This document shows positions 8,771 through 17,405 of a DNA stretch of 18,537 nt, one piece after another. Where the stretch lies: positions 1-18,537 of the forward strand of contig JBHHYI010000084.1 in assembly GCA_046757525.1 (NCBI GenBank). Reading direction: 5' to 3'. The stretch is from a bacterium. Its GTDB lineage: Bacteria; Zhuqueibacterota; Zhuqueibacteria; Oceanimicrobiales; Oceanimicrobiaceae. The notes under the pieces were generated by a model. It ran no database searches and had not been told where the DNA came from. It saw nothing but the letters and a program-made list of their open reading frames with translations. Both the position numbers and the translations under genes were made by a program. Each line of letters opens with the position of its first letter. The stretch's first letter is position 1.

Positions 8771-9787
8771 ATGAGAAATCCATTCTGCATGATTATTCTT
8801 TGCGCGTTTTTCGCGGTTGCTTGTTCGAAAACTGAGCAACGGGGTAAATTAGAAGAAGGTTCACCGGCTTATCAACTGGCAAAAGAGCTCTCCAGCAAAT
8901 TACCTTTGCTCAATCCCGACGAAAACAGAGTGTTGATAACTACCACCAGCTTCAAGATTACAACTGGTGACGTCATCGAGAGCCTTCAGGAGAATTACGG
9001 AAAAAGCAACAGTCGGTTGAAAATCATGGATGCCAGCCGCCTAAAAGCGTTCATTGAAAAAAGTGCCAGGGACCTTGCAGAAAAGAATCTGTTGCTACAG
9101 GCCGCAAAAGGAGCGCACTTCGCCGTGGATGAGGCAATGGTGGATAGCCTCCTCAGCCTGCAATACGCACGGTTTGGCAGTGAAGAAAAATTTGCACAAA
9201 TGTTGCAAAGCAATGGTGTAAATATAGAAAATCTAAAAAAGCAATTGCGAGAAGGTTTAACCATTCAAGGTTTTATTGATGAATTCGTCATCGGCAAGGT
9301 CGAAGTAAGCGAAGAAGAGATTGAGAAAGCCTATCAAGAGGACAAAACGGTCTCGGTGCGGCACATTTTGCTGACCACACAGGGAAAAAGCGATTCCGCC
9401 AAAAAAGCCATTTACCACAAAATGGAAGAAATTCTCACCCGTGCCCAAGGCGGGGAAGATTTTGCCGAGCTTGCAAAAAAATACACCGAGGACCCGGGCT
9501 CTAAGAAGAACGGTGGATTGTACGAAAACTTCGGTCGCGGCAAGATGGTAAAGCCTTTTGAAGACGCGGCCTTCTCTGTCCCAGTTGGCGAGATTAGCGA
9601 TATCGTGGAAACCAAGTACGGCTACCATATCCTCAAAGTGATTGATCGCAAGAAAGAGACCCGACCTCTCGATGAGGTTCGCCCAGAGTTGGAAGCCCTA
9701 ATCAAAAAACGAAAACAGGCGGAAGCCTACAAATCCTATGTGGAGAAATTGAAAGAGGAGGCGGCTTTTAAAGTCATGGAGTCCTAA
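8771..9787 (+). CDS. Parvulin-type peptidyl-prolyl isomerase, PrsA/SurA-like foldase lipoprotein
   Basis: Lipobox FAVAC and a SurA_N-like helical region. Rotamase motifs VRHILL, GEDFAELAKKYTEDPGS, GKMVKPFEDAAFS and ISDIVETKYGYHILKV. Strong SD GGAGAGGAG. Confidence 0.93.
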   Translation: MRNPFCMIILCAFFAVACSKTEQRGKLEEGSPAYQLAKELSSKLPLLNPDENRVLITTTSFKITTGDVIESLQENYGKSNSRLKIMDASRLKAFIEKSARDLAEKNLLLQAAKGAHFAVDEAMVDSLLSLQYARFGSEEKFAQMLQSNGVNIENLKKQLREGLTIQGFIDEFVIGKVEVSEEEIEKAYQEDKTVSVRHILLTTQGKSDSAKKAIYHKMEEILTRAQGGEDFAELAKKYTEDPGSKKNGGLYENFGRGKMVKPFEDAAFSVPVGEISDIVETKYGYHILKVIDRKKETRPLDEVRPELEALIKKRKQAEAYKSYVEKLKEEAAFKVMES

Positions 9788-9826
9788 CGGCGGGCCATCG
9801 GACGGATGAGTCTCGCAAGGATTTTT

Positions 9827-9852
9827 GGCAACATTTTTTCTGCGCAAGCGTA
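9827..9852 (+). promoter_or_regulatory. Candidate ECF sigma-factor promoter
   Basis: GGCAAC (9827-9832), 16 nt, CGTA (9849-9852), matching the AAC...CGT ECF consensus, about 55 nt upstream of the DUF2911 gene. Confidence 0.5.
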
Positions 9853-9905
9853 TTTAGCAGAATATCCCTAAACATCAATACAGGTTCACCAATTAGGAGA
9901 AAGCT

Positions 9906-11003
9906 ATGCCAAGGCTTAAGTATGGTTCGCTCGTTTTAATCGTTTTAGTTTCATTATTCCTTCTGCATTCACAAGAACTCTTTGCTCAGCAGAGGCTGGA
10001 TTTGCCGCGGGTGAGTCCCCATGCCGTAGTCACCCAGAGGATTGGTCTAACCGATGTTACCATCGATTATCATCGACCGGGGGTAAAAGGACGCGAGATT
10101 TGGGGCAAACTTGTGCCGTATGGTTTGGTACCGGGAACGCCTTTTGGTTCGGGAAATCCGTATCCCTGGCGGGCGGGTGCCAATGAGAATACCACCATCA
10201 CCTTCACAGACGATGTAACCATCGAAGGCCAGAAATTGGCCGCCGGCATCTACGGTTTATTCCTGATTCCCACCGAAAGCGACTGGACCATCATTTTCAG
10301 CAATAATCACTCTGCCTGGGGCAGTTTCTTTTATGACGAAAAGCAAGACGCTTTGCGGGTTACGGTTACGCCCCAGAAAGCACCTCATGAGGAGTGGCTG
10401 CGCTATGGCTTCGATGATTTGACCGACCATTCTGCCGTCGCCTATTTGCGCTGGGAACAACTCAAGGTGCCGTTCAAAATCGAAGTCGACACGCACACTG
10501 TCGTACTCAACAGCATGAGGAATCAACTGACCTCGCTGCCTGCTTTCAGTTGGCAAGGCTGGTACCAGGCCGCAAATTACTGTCTGCGCAACGACATCAA
10601 TTATGAGGAGGCGTTGACCTGGATTGACCGATCCATCGGCCAGGAGAAGAATTTCAACAATTTGCAAGTTAAGTCCCGCTTGTTAGCTAAAATCGACAAA
10701 GCGCAGGAAGCGGATCAGACCATGAAAATGGCTGTGGAGATAGCCGATGAGAGCCAGCTCAACCGGTACGGCCACCGACTCCTCGGTCAAGACAAAATTA
10801 AGGAAGCGATTGACATTTTTAAACTCAACGTCAAGCGAAACCCCGATTCCTGGAACGCTTACGACAGTCTCGCCGAAGGCTACCAAAAGGACGGCAATAC
10901 CAAACTGGCCATTAAGAATTTCAAGAAGGCCTTAGGCAAGGCCCCTGAAAACCAGAAGGCGCGCATCCAAAAAATCTTGAGCGAGCTGCAAGGGACGCAT
11001 TAG
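9906..11003 (+). CDS. DUF2911-domain exported protein with C-terminal TPRs
   Basis: Signal peptide ending ...LFAQ. Motifs SPHAVVTQRIGLTDVTIDYHRP, LVPYG, WRAGANENTTITF and WEQLKVPF. TPR PDSWNAYDSLAEGY. SD AGGAGA. Confidence 0.9.
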   Translation: MPRLKYGSLVLIVLVSLFLLHSQELFAQQRLDLPRVSPHAVVTQRIGLTDVTIDYHRPGVKGREIWGKLVPYGLVPGTPFGSGNPYPWRAGANENTTITFTDDVTIEGQKLAAGIYGLFLIPTESDWTIIFSNNHSAWGSFFYDEKQDALRVTVTPQKAPHEEWLRYGFDDLTDHSAVAYLRWEQLKVPFKIEVDTHTVVLNSMRNQLTSLPAFSWQGWYQAANYCLRNDINYEEALTWIDRSIGQEKNFNNLQVKSRLLAKIDKAQEADQTMKMAVEIADESQLNRYGHRLLGQDKIKEAIDIFKLNVKRNPDSWNAYDSLAEGYQKDGNTKLAIKNFKKALGKAPENQKARIQKILSELQGTH

Positions 11004-11024
11004 CCTGGCTAACGGACGCCCATG

Positions 11025-11175
11025 GGCGTCAACTTAAGCCCCCGAACTGACATTCCAAGTCAGGCGACTGCCTGCCTGGCTTGTGCCTAAATCAGACCCC
11101 TCGACTACGTCCGGCAACTGCCGGACTCCGCGCGGGGTGACAATAGGGTGGTTAGACGTCCCTTAAGTTGACGCC
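11025..11175. mobile_element. 151-bp MITE-like element with perfect 14-bp terminal inverted repeats
   Basis: GGCGTCAACTTAAG (11025-11038) / CTTAAGTTGACGCC (11162-11175). Non-coding interior with REP-like hairpin GTCCGGC-aact-GCCGGAC (11109-11126). Confidence 0.75.
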
Positions 11176-11286
11176 AAAAAACGGAAGCCGACTAAACCAG
11201 GCTGCTGACAAAATCACTTGAAATAGTCCGTGCTGGTGGATCTCAATTTCAAGTCATCGACTTCAACTTGGAGAAGAGAGAGCAAA

Positions 11287-13818
11287 GTGAAACTCCAATC
11301 TTTATTTCTGAAGCTTCGTGTGGTCAGCACCGTTGCGCGCATCTTGGCCGTTTGGGTCTCTTGTCTCGCGCTGCCCTTGTCCGCCCAACCCACCAAGACG
11401 CTGGATGCCGCCGAAATCAAGCTGGCCTTGAAGAAATTGAGCGTGCTGGGCAGCGTCCTGTACGTGGCGGCTCACCCGGATGACGAGAACACGGCTTTGC
11501 TGGCCTATTTTTCCAAAGGCAAAAGCTACCGAACGGCCTACCTGGCCATGACCCGCGGCGACGGCGGCCAGAATCTCATCGGCACGGAAAAGGGTCCCTT
11601 GATGGGAGTCCTGCGCACGCAGGAACTGTTGCAAGCCCGAAAGATCGACGGGGCTGAACAATACTTCACCCGGGCCATCGATTTTGGCTATTCGAAGTCG
11701 CCCGGGGAGACGCTCGAAATCTGGGGGAAGGAAAAGATTCTCTCCGACGTGGTCTGGACCATTAGAAAATTCCGGCCAGACATCGTCATCACCCGCTTTC
11801 CGCCCGGCGGCTTTCGGACCCATGGCCATCACACCGCGTCCGCCATCTTAGCCAGGGAAGCTTTTGTCGCAGCCAGCGATTCAACGCGTTTTCCCGAACA
11901 ACTAAAGTACGTCAAACCTTATCAGCCCAGGCGCATTTTCTGGAACACCTGGCGGCCCCGAAATTCTAACGATCAGTTGGACGTTTCTGAATTAATCAAG
12001 ATCGACGTGGGTGCCTACAATCCCTTGCTGGGGCAATCGTACACAGAGATTTCAGCCGAAAGTCGTTCCATGCACAAGAGTCAGGGATTTGGAGATCGGG
12101 GTCGACGCGGCTCTCGTCTGAACTACCTGCAGTTGCTGGACGGCGAGCAAGTCGCAAACGACGCCTTCGAAGGCATCGACGTGAGTTGGTCCAGAGTGCC
12201 GGGCGGAGAAAAGATTGGCCGTTTGTTGCAGGAGGCCTACCAGACTTTCAAACCGGAGACCCCGGCCGCTTCCATTCCTGAATTGGTTAAAGCTTACTCG
12301 GAGTTGAACAAATTACCCGAAAACACCTGGGTAGAGGTGAAGAGAAAAGAGCTGCTAACGGCCATTCAATCGTGCGCTGGTTTATGGCTGGAAGCGATCG
12401 CGGCTGATTATGCCGCAACGCCCGGTGGCCAGGTTGAACTGCAATTACTCGTGGTCAATCGCAGCGACTTCCCTTTGCAACTCATGAAAATCTCCTATCC
12501 GTTTGCGGGCTCGGATACGAGCTTGAGTGTGGCACTGCGCGCCAACCAGGCAGTCGCGCTTGAGAAAACATTGACGATTCCTGCAACCGTGCCTTATTCT
12601 CAGCCTTACTGGTTGCGGGCGGAACCCGACCGCGGCAACTATCGCGTCGCGGATCAGACGCTCATCGGACGGCCGGTCAATCCAGCCTCGTCCAACGTGA
12701 CCTTTGAGGTCCTTGCCGGCAATCAGCGCCTGGTTTTTACTACACCAATTCTCTACCGCTGGACCGATCGCGTTCAGGGGGAGCAATACCGGTCGCTTGA
12801 AATAAGACCAGATGTCACCATGAACCTGGATGAAAAAGTCTACATTTTCCCGGATGCGGGTCCCAGAAAAGTCAAGGTAACGTTGCAAAGCGCCAGGTCA
12901 AACCTCAGTGGCCAGTTAAAACTGAAAACGCCACAAGGATGGCAGGTTACGCCGGCATCGGTCCCTTTTCAACTGAAAAACAAATACGACGAGCTTGTCG
13001 TCAGCTTTACCGTCAAACCGCCGACAAACCCGGAGGTGGCTTCCCTAAAGGTAGAAGCCGAGGTTGACGGCAAGAAGTTCAACCACAGTCTGGTCGAGAT
13101 CCATCACCCACACATCATGCGACAGAGCTTGTTTCCAGAGGCCAGGGCCAAACTCATCCGCCTCGACCTCAAAAAAAGCGGCACTGACCTCGCTTACATC
13201 ATGGGTTCCGGCGATGAGATTCCCGAAAGCTTAGAGCAATTAGGCTACCACGTCACTTTGTTAGATGACGCGTCTTTAGACGATGCTGACTTCTCCCAAT
13301 TCGACGCCATCATCACTGGGGTCAGGGCGTACAACACCCGCACACGCCTAAAAGCAGACGGGAAAAAGCTGCTGGACTACGTCTACCACGGCGGCACGCT
13401 GGTAGTGCAGTACAACGTCACCTTCGGCCTGGTCACCGACGAGATTGGTCCTTACCCGTTCACGATATCGCACGACAGGGTTACGGTGGAAAACGCTCCG
13501 ATAACCTACTTGCAGAAGAATCACCCGTTATTGAACGTTCCCAACAAAATCACGGAAAAAGATTTTGCCGGGTGGGTGCAAGAACGCGGCCTCTATTTTG
13601 CCAATTCCTGGGATGGGCGCTACCAGGCCGTGCTCTCGAGCCACGATCCGGACGAGACCCCGAAGAACGGCGGCTTGCTGTACGCGCGCTACGGCAAGGG
13701 CGTATTTATTTACACCGGATTTTCATGGTTTCGGCAGTTGCCGGCTGGCGTGCCTGGTGCCTACCGCTTGTTCGTCAACTTAATCTCAGCCGGGAGCAGT
13801 CGTGGCGGATCCAACTGA
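11287..13818 (+). CDS. Secreted PIG-L/LmbE-family deacetylase with Ig-like middle region and C-terminal GATase-like fold (probable start GTG 11287)
   Basis: Metal motifs AAHPDDE and HGHH, plus TRGDGGQNLIG, RTQELLQARKIDG, FTRAIDFGYSK and SRSMHKSQGFG. Signal peptide ends ...LPLSAQ. Purine-rich GGAGAAGAGAG precedes GTG 11287. Confidence 0.9.
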   Translation: MKLQSLFLKLRVVSTVARILAVWVSCLALPLSAQPTKTLDAAEIKLALKKLSVLGSVLYVAAHPDDENTALLAYFSKGKSYRTAYLAMTRGDGGQNLIGTEKGPLMGVLRTQELLQARKIDGAEQYFTRAIDFGYSKSPGETLEIWGKEKILSDVVWTIRKFRPDIVITRFPPGGFRTHGHHTASAILAREAFVAASDSTRFPEQLKYVKPYQPRRIFWNTWRPRNSNDQLDVSELIKIDVGAYNPLLGQSYTEISAESRSMHKSQGFGDRGRRGSRLNYLQLLDGEQVANDAFEGIDVSWSRVPGGEKIGRLLQEAYQTFKPETPAASIPELVKAYSELNKLPENTWVEVKRKELLTAIQSCAGLWLEAIAADYAATPGGQVELQLLVVNRSDFPLQLMKISYPFAGSDTSLSVALRANQAVALEKTLTIPATVPYSQPYWLRAEPDRGNYRVADQTLIGRPVNPASSNVTFEVLAGNQRLVFTTPILYRWTDRVQGEQYRSLEIRPDVTMNLDEKVYIFPDAGPRKVKVTLQSARSNLSGQLKLKTPQGWQVTPASVPFQLKNKYDELVVSFTVKPPTNPEVASLKVEAEVDGKKFNHSLVEIHHPHIMRQSLFPEARAKLIRLDLKKSGTDLAYIMGSGDEIPESLEQLGYHVTLLDDASLDDADFSQFDAIITGVRAYNTRTRLKADGKKLLDYVYHGGTLVVQYNVTFGLVTDEIGPYPFTISHDRVTVENAPITYLQKNHPLLNVPNKITEKDFAGWVQERGLYFANSWDGRYQAVLSSHDPDETPKNGGLLYARYGKGVFIYTGFSWFRQLPAGVPGAYRLFVNLISAGSSRGGSN

Positions 13819-13948
13819 TTTCGACCAGAACGCCCAGGAAGAGCCCCCCCCTGTTTTCAAGAGTTGGAATCGACTCTATACCGCGGTATTTCTGAACCTG
13901 GTGTTTCTAATCGTCCTCTTTTACCTATTTACCAGGATGTTTGATTGA
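13802..13948 (+). CDS. 48-aa single-pass membrane protein (not in the ORF track)
   Basis: GTG start after GGGAG; translates MADPTDFDQNAQEEPPPVFKSWNRLYTAVFLNLVFLIVLFYLFTRMFD*. It overlaps the PIG-L stop, and its TGA overlaps the symporter TTG (TTGA). Confidence 0.85.
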   Translation: MADPTDFDQNAQEEPPPVFKSWNRLYTAVFLNLVFLIVLFYLFTRMFD

Positions 13949-15654
13949 GCAGCGTCGACTGGGTCGTTTTAGGTTTCTTCCTCATTTTCATCGTCGGCTA
14001 CGGAACCTGGAAAACCCGTGGCAGTCGGGACGTCAAAGGTTACCTGTTGGCCAACAAATCGGCGCCGTGGTACACGATCGCCCTTTCGATCATGGCCACT
14101 CAGGCCAGCGCCATTACCTTCCTGTCCACCCCGGGGCAGGCTTATGTTGACGGCATGCGCTTTGTGCAGTTTTATCTCGGCTTGCCCATTGCCATGATCA
14201 TTCTTTCGGTGACCGCGGTGCCCATTTTCCACCGACTGAATGTTTTCACCGCCTACGAGTACCTCGAGAAGCGCTTTGACTTGAAGAACCGCACCCTTGG
14301 CAGCGTTTTGTTTCTCACCCAGCGCGGTCTGGCTGCCGGGTTTACCATTTTCGCTCCGGCTTTAATTCTCTCGGTGCTGCTGGGCTGGAATCTCAGTCTA
14401 ACCATTTTCGTCATCGGTGGCCTGGTGGTTTTGTACACGGCTTCTGGCGGCACCAACGCGGTCAACCAGACCCACTTTCAACAGATGATCATCATCCTGT
14501 TTGGGATGCTGGCGGCCTTTTTCATGATCTACCGCAACCTGCCTGCCGACATCTCGGTCCTGGACGCGGCGCACGTGGCGGGCAAAATGGGCAAGCTCAA
14601 CGCCATCGATTTCTCCTTTGACCTGAAGAACCGCTACAGTTTTTGGTCGGGCATAATCGGCGGCACGTTTTTGATGCTTTCTTATTTTGGCACGGACCAA
14701 TCGCAGGTACAGCGCTATCTGGCCGGGCGTTCCATTGCGCACAGTCGCATGGGCTTGCTGGTCAATGGCGTGGTCAAGGTGCCCATGCAGTTCTTCATTT
14801 TGTTTGTCGGGGCTATGGTGTTTGTTTTTTACCAGTTTACCACCCCGCCGATCTTCTTCAATTCCGTTGAAACGCGAAACGTCAAGAACAGTGTCTACGC
14901 TGCGGAGTACCGAACGCTGGAAAGCGAATATGCCCGGCTCCACCAGGAAAAACAGGCCGACATCCGCCACCTGCTGCACGCGATAAAGTCAGACAACGAA
15001 GCTGAAGTAGCAAGCCTGACCACAAAGCTCGACCAGACCCAGGAGAAAGCCCTTGACATTCGCCAACAGGGGATTGAGGTCATAAAAAAAGCCAATCCGG
15101 CCGCAGACGGCAATGACACCAACTACGTCTTTCTCAGCTTTGTGATCAACTTTCTGCCAGTGGGAATGATTGGGTTGGTGCTGGCTGCAATTCTATCGGC
15201 CTCCATGTCTTCCACAGCGGCTGAGCTCAATGCCCTGGCCTCGACCAGCGTCATCGACCTGTACAAACGGCTGCTTAAAAAGGAGGCTTCAGACAAGCAC
15301 TACCTGGTGGCCTCCAAGCTGGCAACCGTTTTCTGGGGGCTGTACGCCATCGTTTTCGCGCTGTTCGCCAATCGCCTGGGTTCGCTGATTGAAGCGGTGA
15401 ACATTTTAGGCTCGCTATTTTACGGCACCATTCTGGGCATTTTTCTGGTGGCCTTTTATCTGAAAAAAGTCGGCGGCACGGCCACGTTTGTCGCTGCTAT
15501 TTTAGCCGAGGCCACGGTCATCGCCTGTTACCTGTTCACCGACATTCCCTACTTGTGGTTCAATTTCCTGGGGTGTAGTGTTCTGGTGGTGCTGGCGCTG
15601 TTGCTTAACCCATTTGTGAACCAGTCCAAAACCGCCGGTCTCATCTCCTCTTAA
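13945..15654 (+). CDS. Sodium:solute symporter (SSS family)
   Basis: Motifs SIMATQASAITFLSTPGQAY, TAYEYLEKRFD, GTDQSQVQRYL and AAILSASMSS, with many transmembrane helices. Confidence 0.95.
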   Translation: MSSVDWVVLGFFLIFIVGYGTWKTRGSRDVKGYLLANKSAPWYTIALSIMATQASAITFLSTPGQAYVDGMRFVQFYLGLPIAMIILSVTAVPIFHRLNVFTAYEYLEKRFDLKNRTLGSVLFLTQRGLAAGFTIFAPALILSVLLGWNLSLTIFVIGGLVVLYTASGGTNAVNQTHFQQMIIILFGMLAAFFMIYRNLPADISVLDAAHVAGKMGKLNAIDFSFDLKNRYSFWSGIIGGTFLMLSYFGTDQSQVQRYLAGRSIAHSRMGLLVNGVVKVPMQFFILFVGAMVFVFYQFTTPPIFFNSVETRNVKNSVYAAEYRTLESEYARLHQEKQADIRHLLHAIKSDNEAEVASLTTKLDQTQEKALDIRQQGIEVIKKANPAADGNDTNYVFLSFVINFLPVGMIGLVLAAILSASMSSTAAELNALASTSVIDLYKRLLKKEASDKHYLVASKLATVFWGLYAIVFALFANRLGSLIEAVNILGSLFYGTILGIFLVAFYLKKVGGTATFVAAILAEATVIACYLFTDIPYLWFNFLGCSVLVVLALLLNPFVNQSKTAGLISS

Positions 15655-15851
15655 AGCCTACCGTTACGCACACCTTTCTTATAGTTGACGGGTGACAAAC
15701 GAAAGCATGTTGATTTCGATTTTTCTCTATTAGAATCCATAAGCAGACCAATGTTTTTTCAATATTCTTTCGAATATAAACAGATTGGACCAAAATGTTG
15801 AACATCTTACGCCTTGCTTTAGATGTCCTTTCTGTTGTAGTATTCTAAATT

Positions 15852-16006
15852 CATTATTGCGCAAAGATCGATAGAAATGTCATTCAGAGAGACTGAAAGG
15901 AGGGAAGAATCTCCAACTACAAGGCTAACTTTCGGTTAAAATTCAAAGATTCTTCGTTGTCCGGCAGTTGCCGGACTCCTCAGAATAACAATCTTGCGTT
16001 GTAGTG
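15852..16006. repeat. Palindromic REP/MITE-like element
   Basis: TGTCATTC (15878) / GAATAACA (15990), GAAGAATCT (15904-15912) / AGATTCTTC (15947-15955), and hairpin GTCCGGC-agtt-GCCGGAC (15959-15976). Degenerate outer repeat GCGCAAAGAT / ATCTTGCG. Confidence 0.7.
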
Positions 16007-16219
16007 CTATGTATTGTGTGCCTTAGCAAACTTGGGAGACGAACCTATTTTCATCACTGCCAAAGATTGCGCAAAACTTTCTTTTGCCAAAGATGAATGT
16101 TTTAAGAATCACCAAACTTGAGATTTAGACGATGGCCCCGCAATCCGACTGGAACCGTTGAGAGCAAGCCCCCAGGCAATGGTGATTCCATAGGTTGCAA
16201 GCCTCTTTGGGAACACGTT

Positions 16220-16282
16220 CTATCTGGGCTTCTTGTAAATTTGAGAGCCTCTTCTTGCCACATCTGATTTCAATTTCAGCAT
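16220..16282 (-). pseudogene. Truncated 5' remnant of the small TA-like gene at 18099
   Basis: Translates MLKLKSDVARRGSQIYKKPR*, matching the first 20 codons of the copy-2 gene. The SD has changed from AGGAGA to TGAAGA. Confidence 0.65.
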
Positions 16283-16595
16283 AGCTTGTCTTCAGCCGGT
16301 TTACAGTAAAAGATAAATAGTTTTCCCCGAAAAATTAAGTCAGAAATCCCTTTAGATTTGGTAGCCGAGTCGCACCAGGTTAGATGAGTTGGCAGGTATA
16401 GAAGAAGTCATGGTACCTGTAAAAGCATGTGTGGCGCAGGGAATTCAGAGACGCAGACATCGAATGTGATCGAAAGGCGCCGCGCGGTTTTTCCGCGGGT
16501 TTCTTCAACACCCCCTAAACTCGGTTGCGCTGTAATAAAGGTTAGCGATGGCCCCTTGTCGACACCCGTCTCCCAAAAGGTGCGACGAAGGGGCC
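16223..16595. repeat. Long direct repeat, copy 1
   Basis: Aligns by eye to 18040-18326 plus 18453-18537 at about 94-95% identity, including an identical 85-bp core (16324-16408 = 18140-18224). Confidence 0.97.
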
Positions 16596-16666
16596 GCGCT
16601 AAACATCGAGGTATTCATTCGGACGAAGGAATGCCGAACGCTCAAAGTTCGTCGGAGATGAGTTTA
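16516..16666. mobile_element. 151-bp structured MITE-like element inside and extending past the repeat
   Basis: Short terminal repeat TAAACTC / GAGTTTA. Long internal hairpin GTTAGCG..GGCCCCTT-GTCG-ACACC...GGTG-CGAC-G-AAGGGGCC..CGCTAAAC (16541-16604). A second copy starts at 18458. Confidence 0.5.
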
Positions 16667-16762
16667 AAGGCGCCACCTTTACTAAACTTTTAAAAGGTCT
16701 ACTTGCCCCGAACGTAACAGTTTGACCTAACCAATCAAGGCGCCTGTGGCAGGTTCTTGTCC

Positions 16763-16975
16763 TCATCGCAACAAAACCAACTTCCTACTTTTTTCAAATT
16801 GCCCTGTTTTTAACCTGTAAATATACACCCCTGAGGCTGCGGGTTCTCCATTCTCCATGCGCTCATCCCAGACCACCGTATAAGAGCCTGCCGGTTTCTC
16901 TTCATCCACTAAGGTTCTAATCCTTTGTCCCAGGAGGTTAAAGATTTCGATTTTTACGTCGGTAGATTTGGGCTT
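16763..16975 (-). pseudogene. Orphan C-terminal fragment of a FlgD-Ig / T9SS type A sorting-domain protein
   Basis: PKSTDVKIEIFNLLGQRIRTLVDEEKPAGSYTVVWD...ASGVYIYRLKTGQFEKSRKLVLLR* is a typical sorting-domain tail. The preceding YPNPFN motif, passenger domain and signal peptide are missing. Confidence 0.85.
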
Positions 16976-17000
16976 GTATAAAGGTCGAAGGCTCACTTCT

Positions 17001-17078
17001 CTCTAAATTTAGAGGTTGATAATTTTTGCTTGACAAACTTGGAAATATTTGACATATTAATTGAATGTTGCATAGTCT
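17001..17078 (+). promoter_or_regulatory. Promoter region of the mntA-hepT pair
   Basis: Two perfect TTGACA hexamers (17030-17035 and 17049-17054), with TAGTCT 18 nt after the second. Perfect palindrome CTCTAAATTTAGAG at 17001-17014. Confidence 0.55.
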
Positions 17079-17111
17079 AAATTTTGGGCTACGATTAAAA
17101 TCATAAGAATA

Positions 17112-17405
17112 ATGAAAGCGCTTGCTGAAATCAAAGAAATTCTGGAAAAACACCGCGAAGAATTAAGGCAAAAATATAAGATGAGAGTAGTAGGGATATT
17201 TGGTTCTTATGTCAGGGGAGAACACAAGAGAGGTAGCGATATAGACCTTCTGGGGGAATTTGAGGAGCCCGTTAGTTTGCTGGAATTGGTGGGAGCGGAG
17301 ATTTATTTGAGTGAAATTCTAAAAATGAAGGTTGATCTGATCCCAAAAGAAGACATCCGGCCAGAACTGAAAGAGACCATTCTCAAAGAGACTTTACACT
17401 TATGA
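17112..17405 (+). CDS. mntA: Minimal nucleotidyltransferase antitoxin (MNT, type VII TA)
   Basis: 97 aa with an exact GSx10DxD motif ([15 protein letters not shown]) and KVDL. ATGA overlap with the downstream HEPN gene. Confidence 0.92.
   Translation: MKALAEIKEILEKHREELRQKYKMRVVGIFGSYVRGEHKRGSDIDLLGEFEEPVSLLELVGAEIYLSEILKMKVDLIPKEDIRPELKETILKETLHL

Noticed and set aside
4207..15388. Numerous antisense and alternate-frame ORFs inside the long genes
   Set aside because: They are shadow ORFs fully overlapping well-supported genes and carry no motifs of their own.
15641..15805. 54-codon minus-strand ORF (MFNILVQSV...)
   Set aside because: It has no recognisable family, the SD-like motif is too far from the ATG, and it overlaps the symporter stop.
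16379..16500. Minus-strand SLRHTCF as a tyrosine recombinase remnant
   Set aside because: It is a short chance match with no other recombinase motifs, and the frame closes soon after.
16541..16604. Bulged hairpin beside TA genes as an integron attC site
   Set aside because: The order is GTTAGC...GCTAAAC, whereas attC has RYYYAAC first and GTTRRRY last. No intI gene or regular cassette spacing is present.
16427..16693. 88-aa plus-strand ORF
   Set aside because: It runs through palindromic elements and is disrupted by the 126-bp indel in copy 2.
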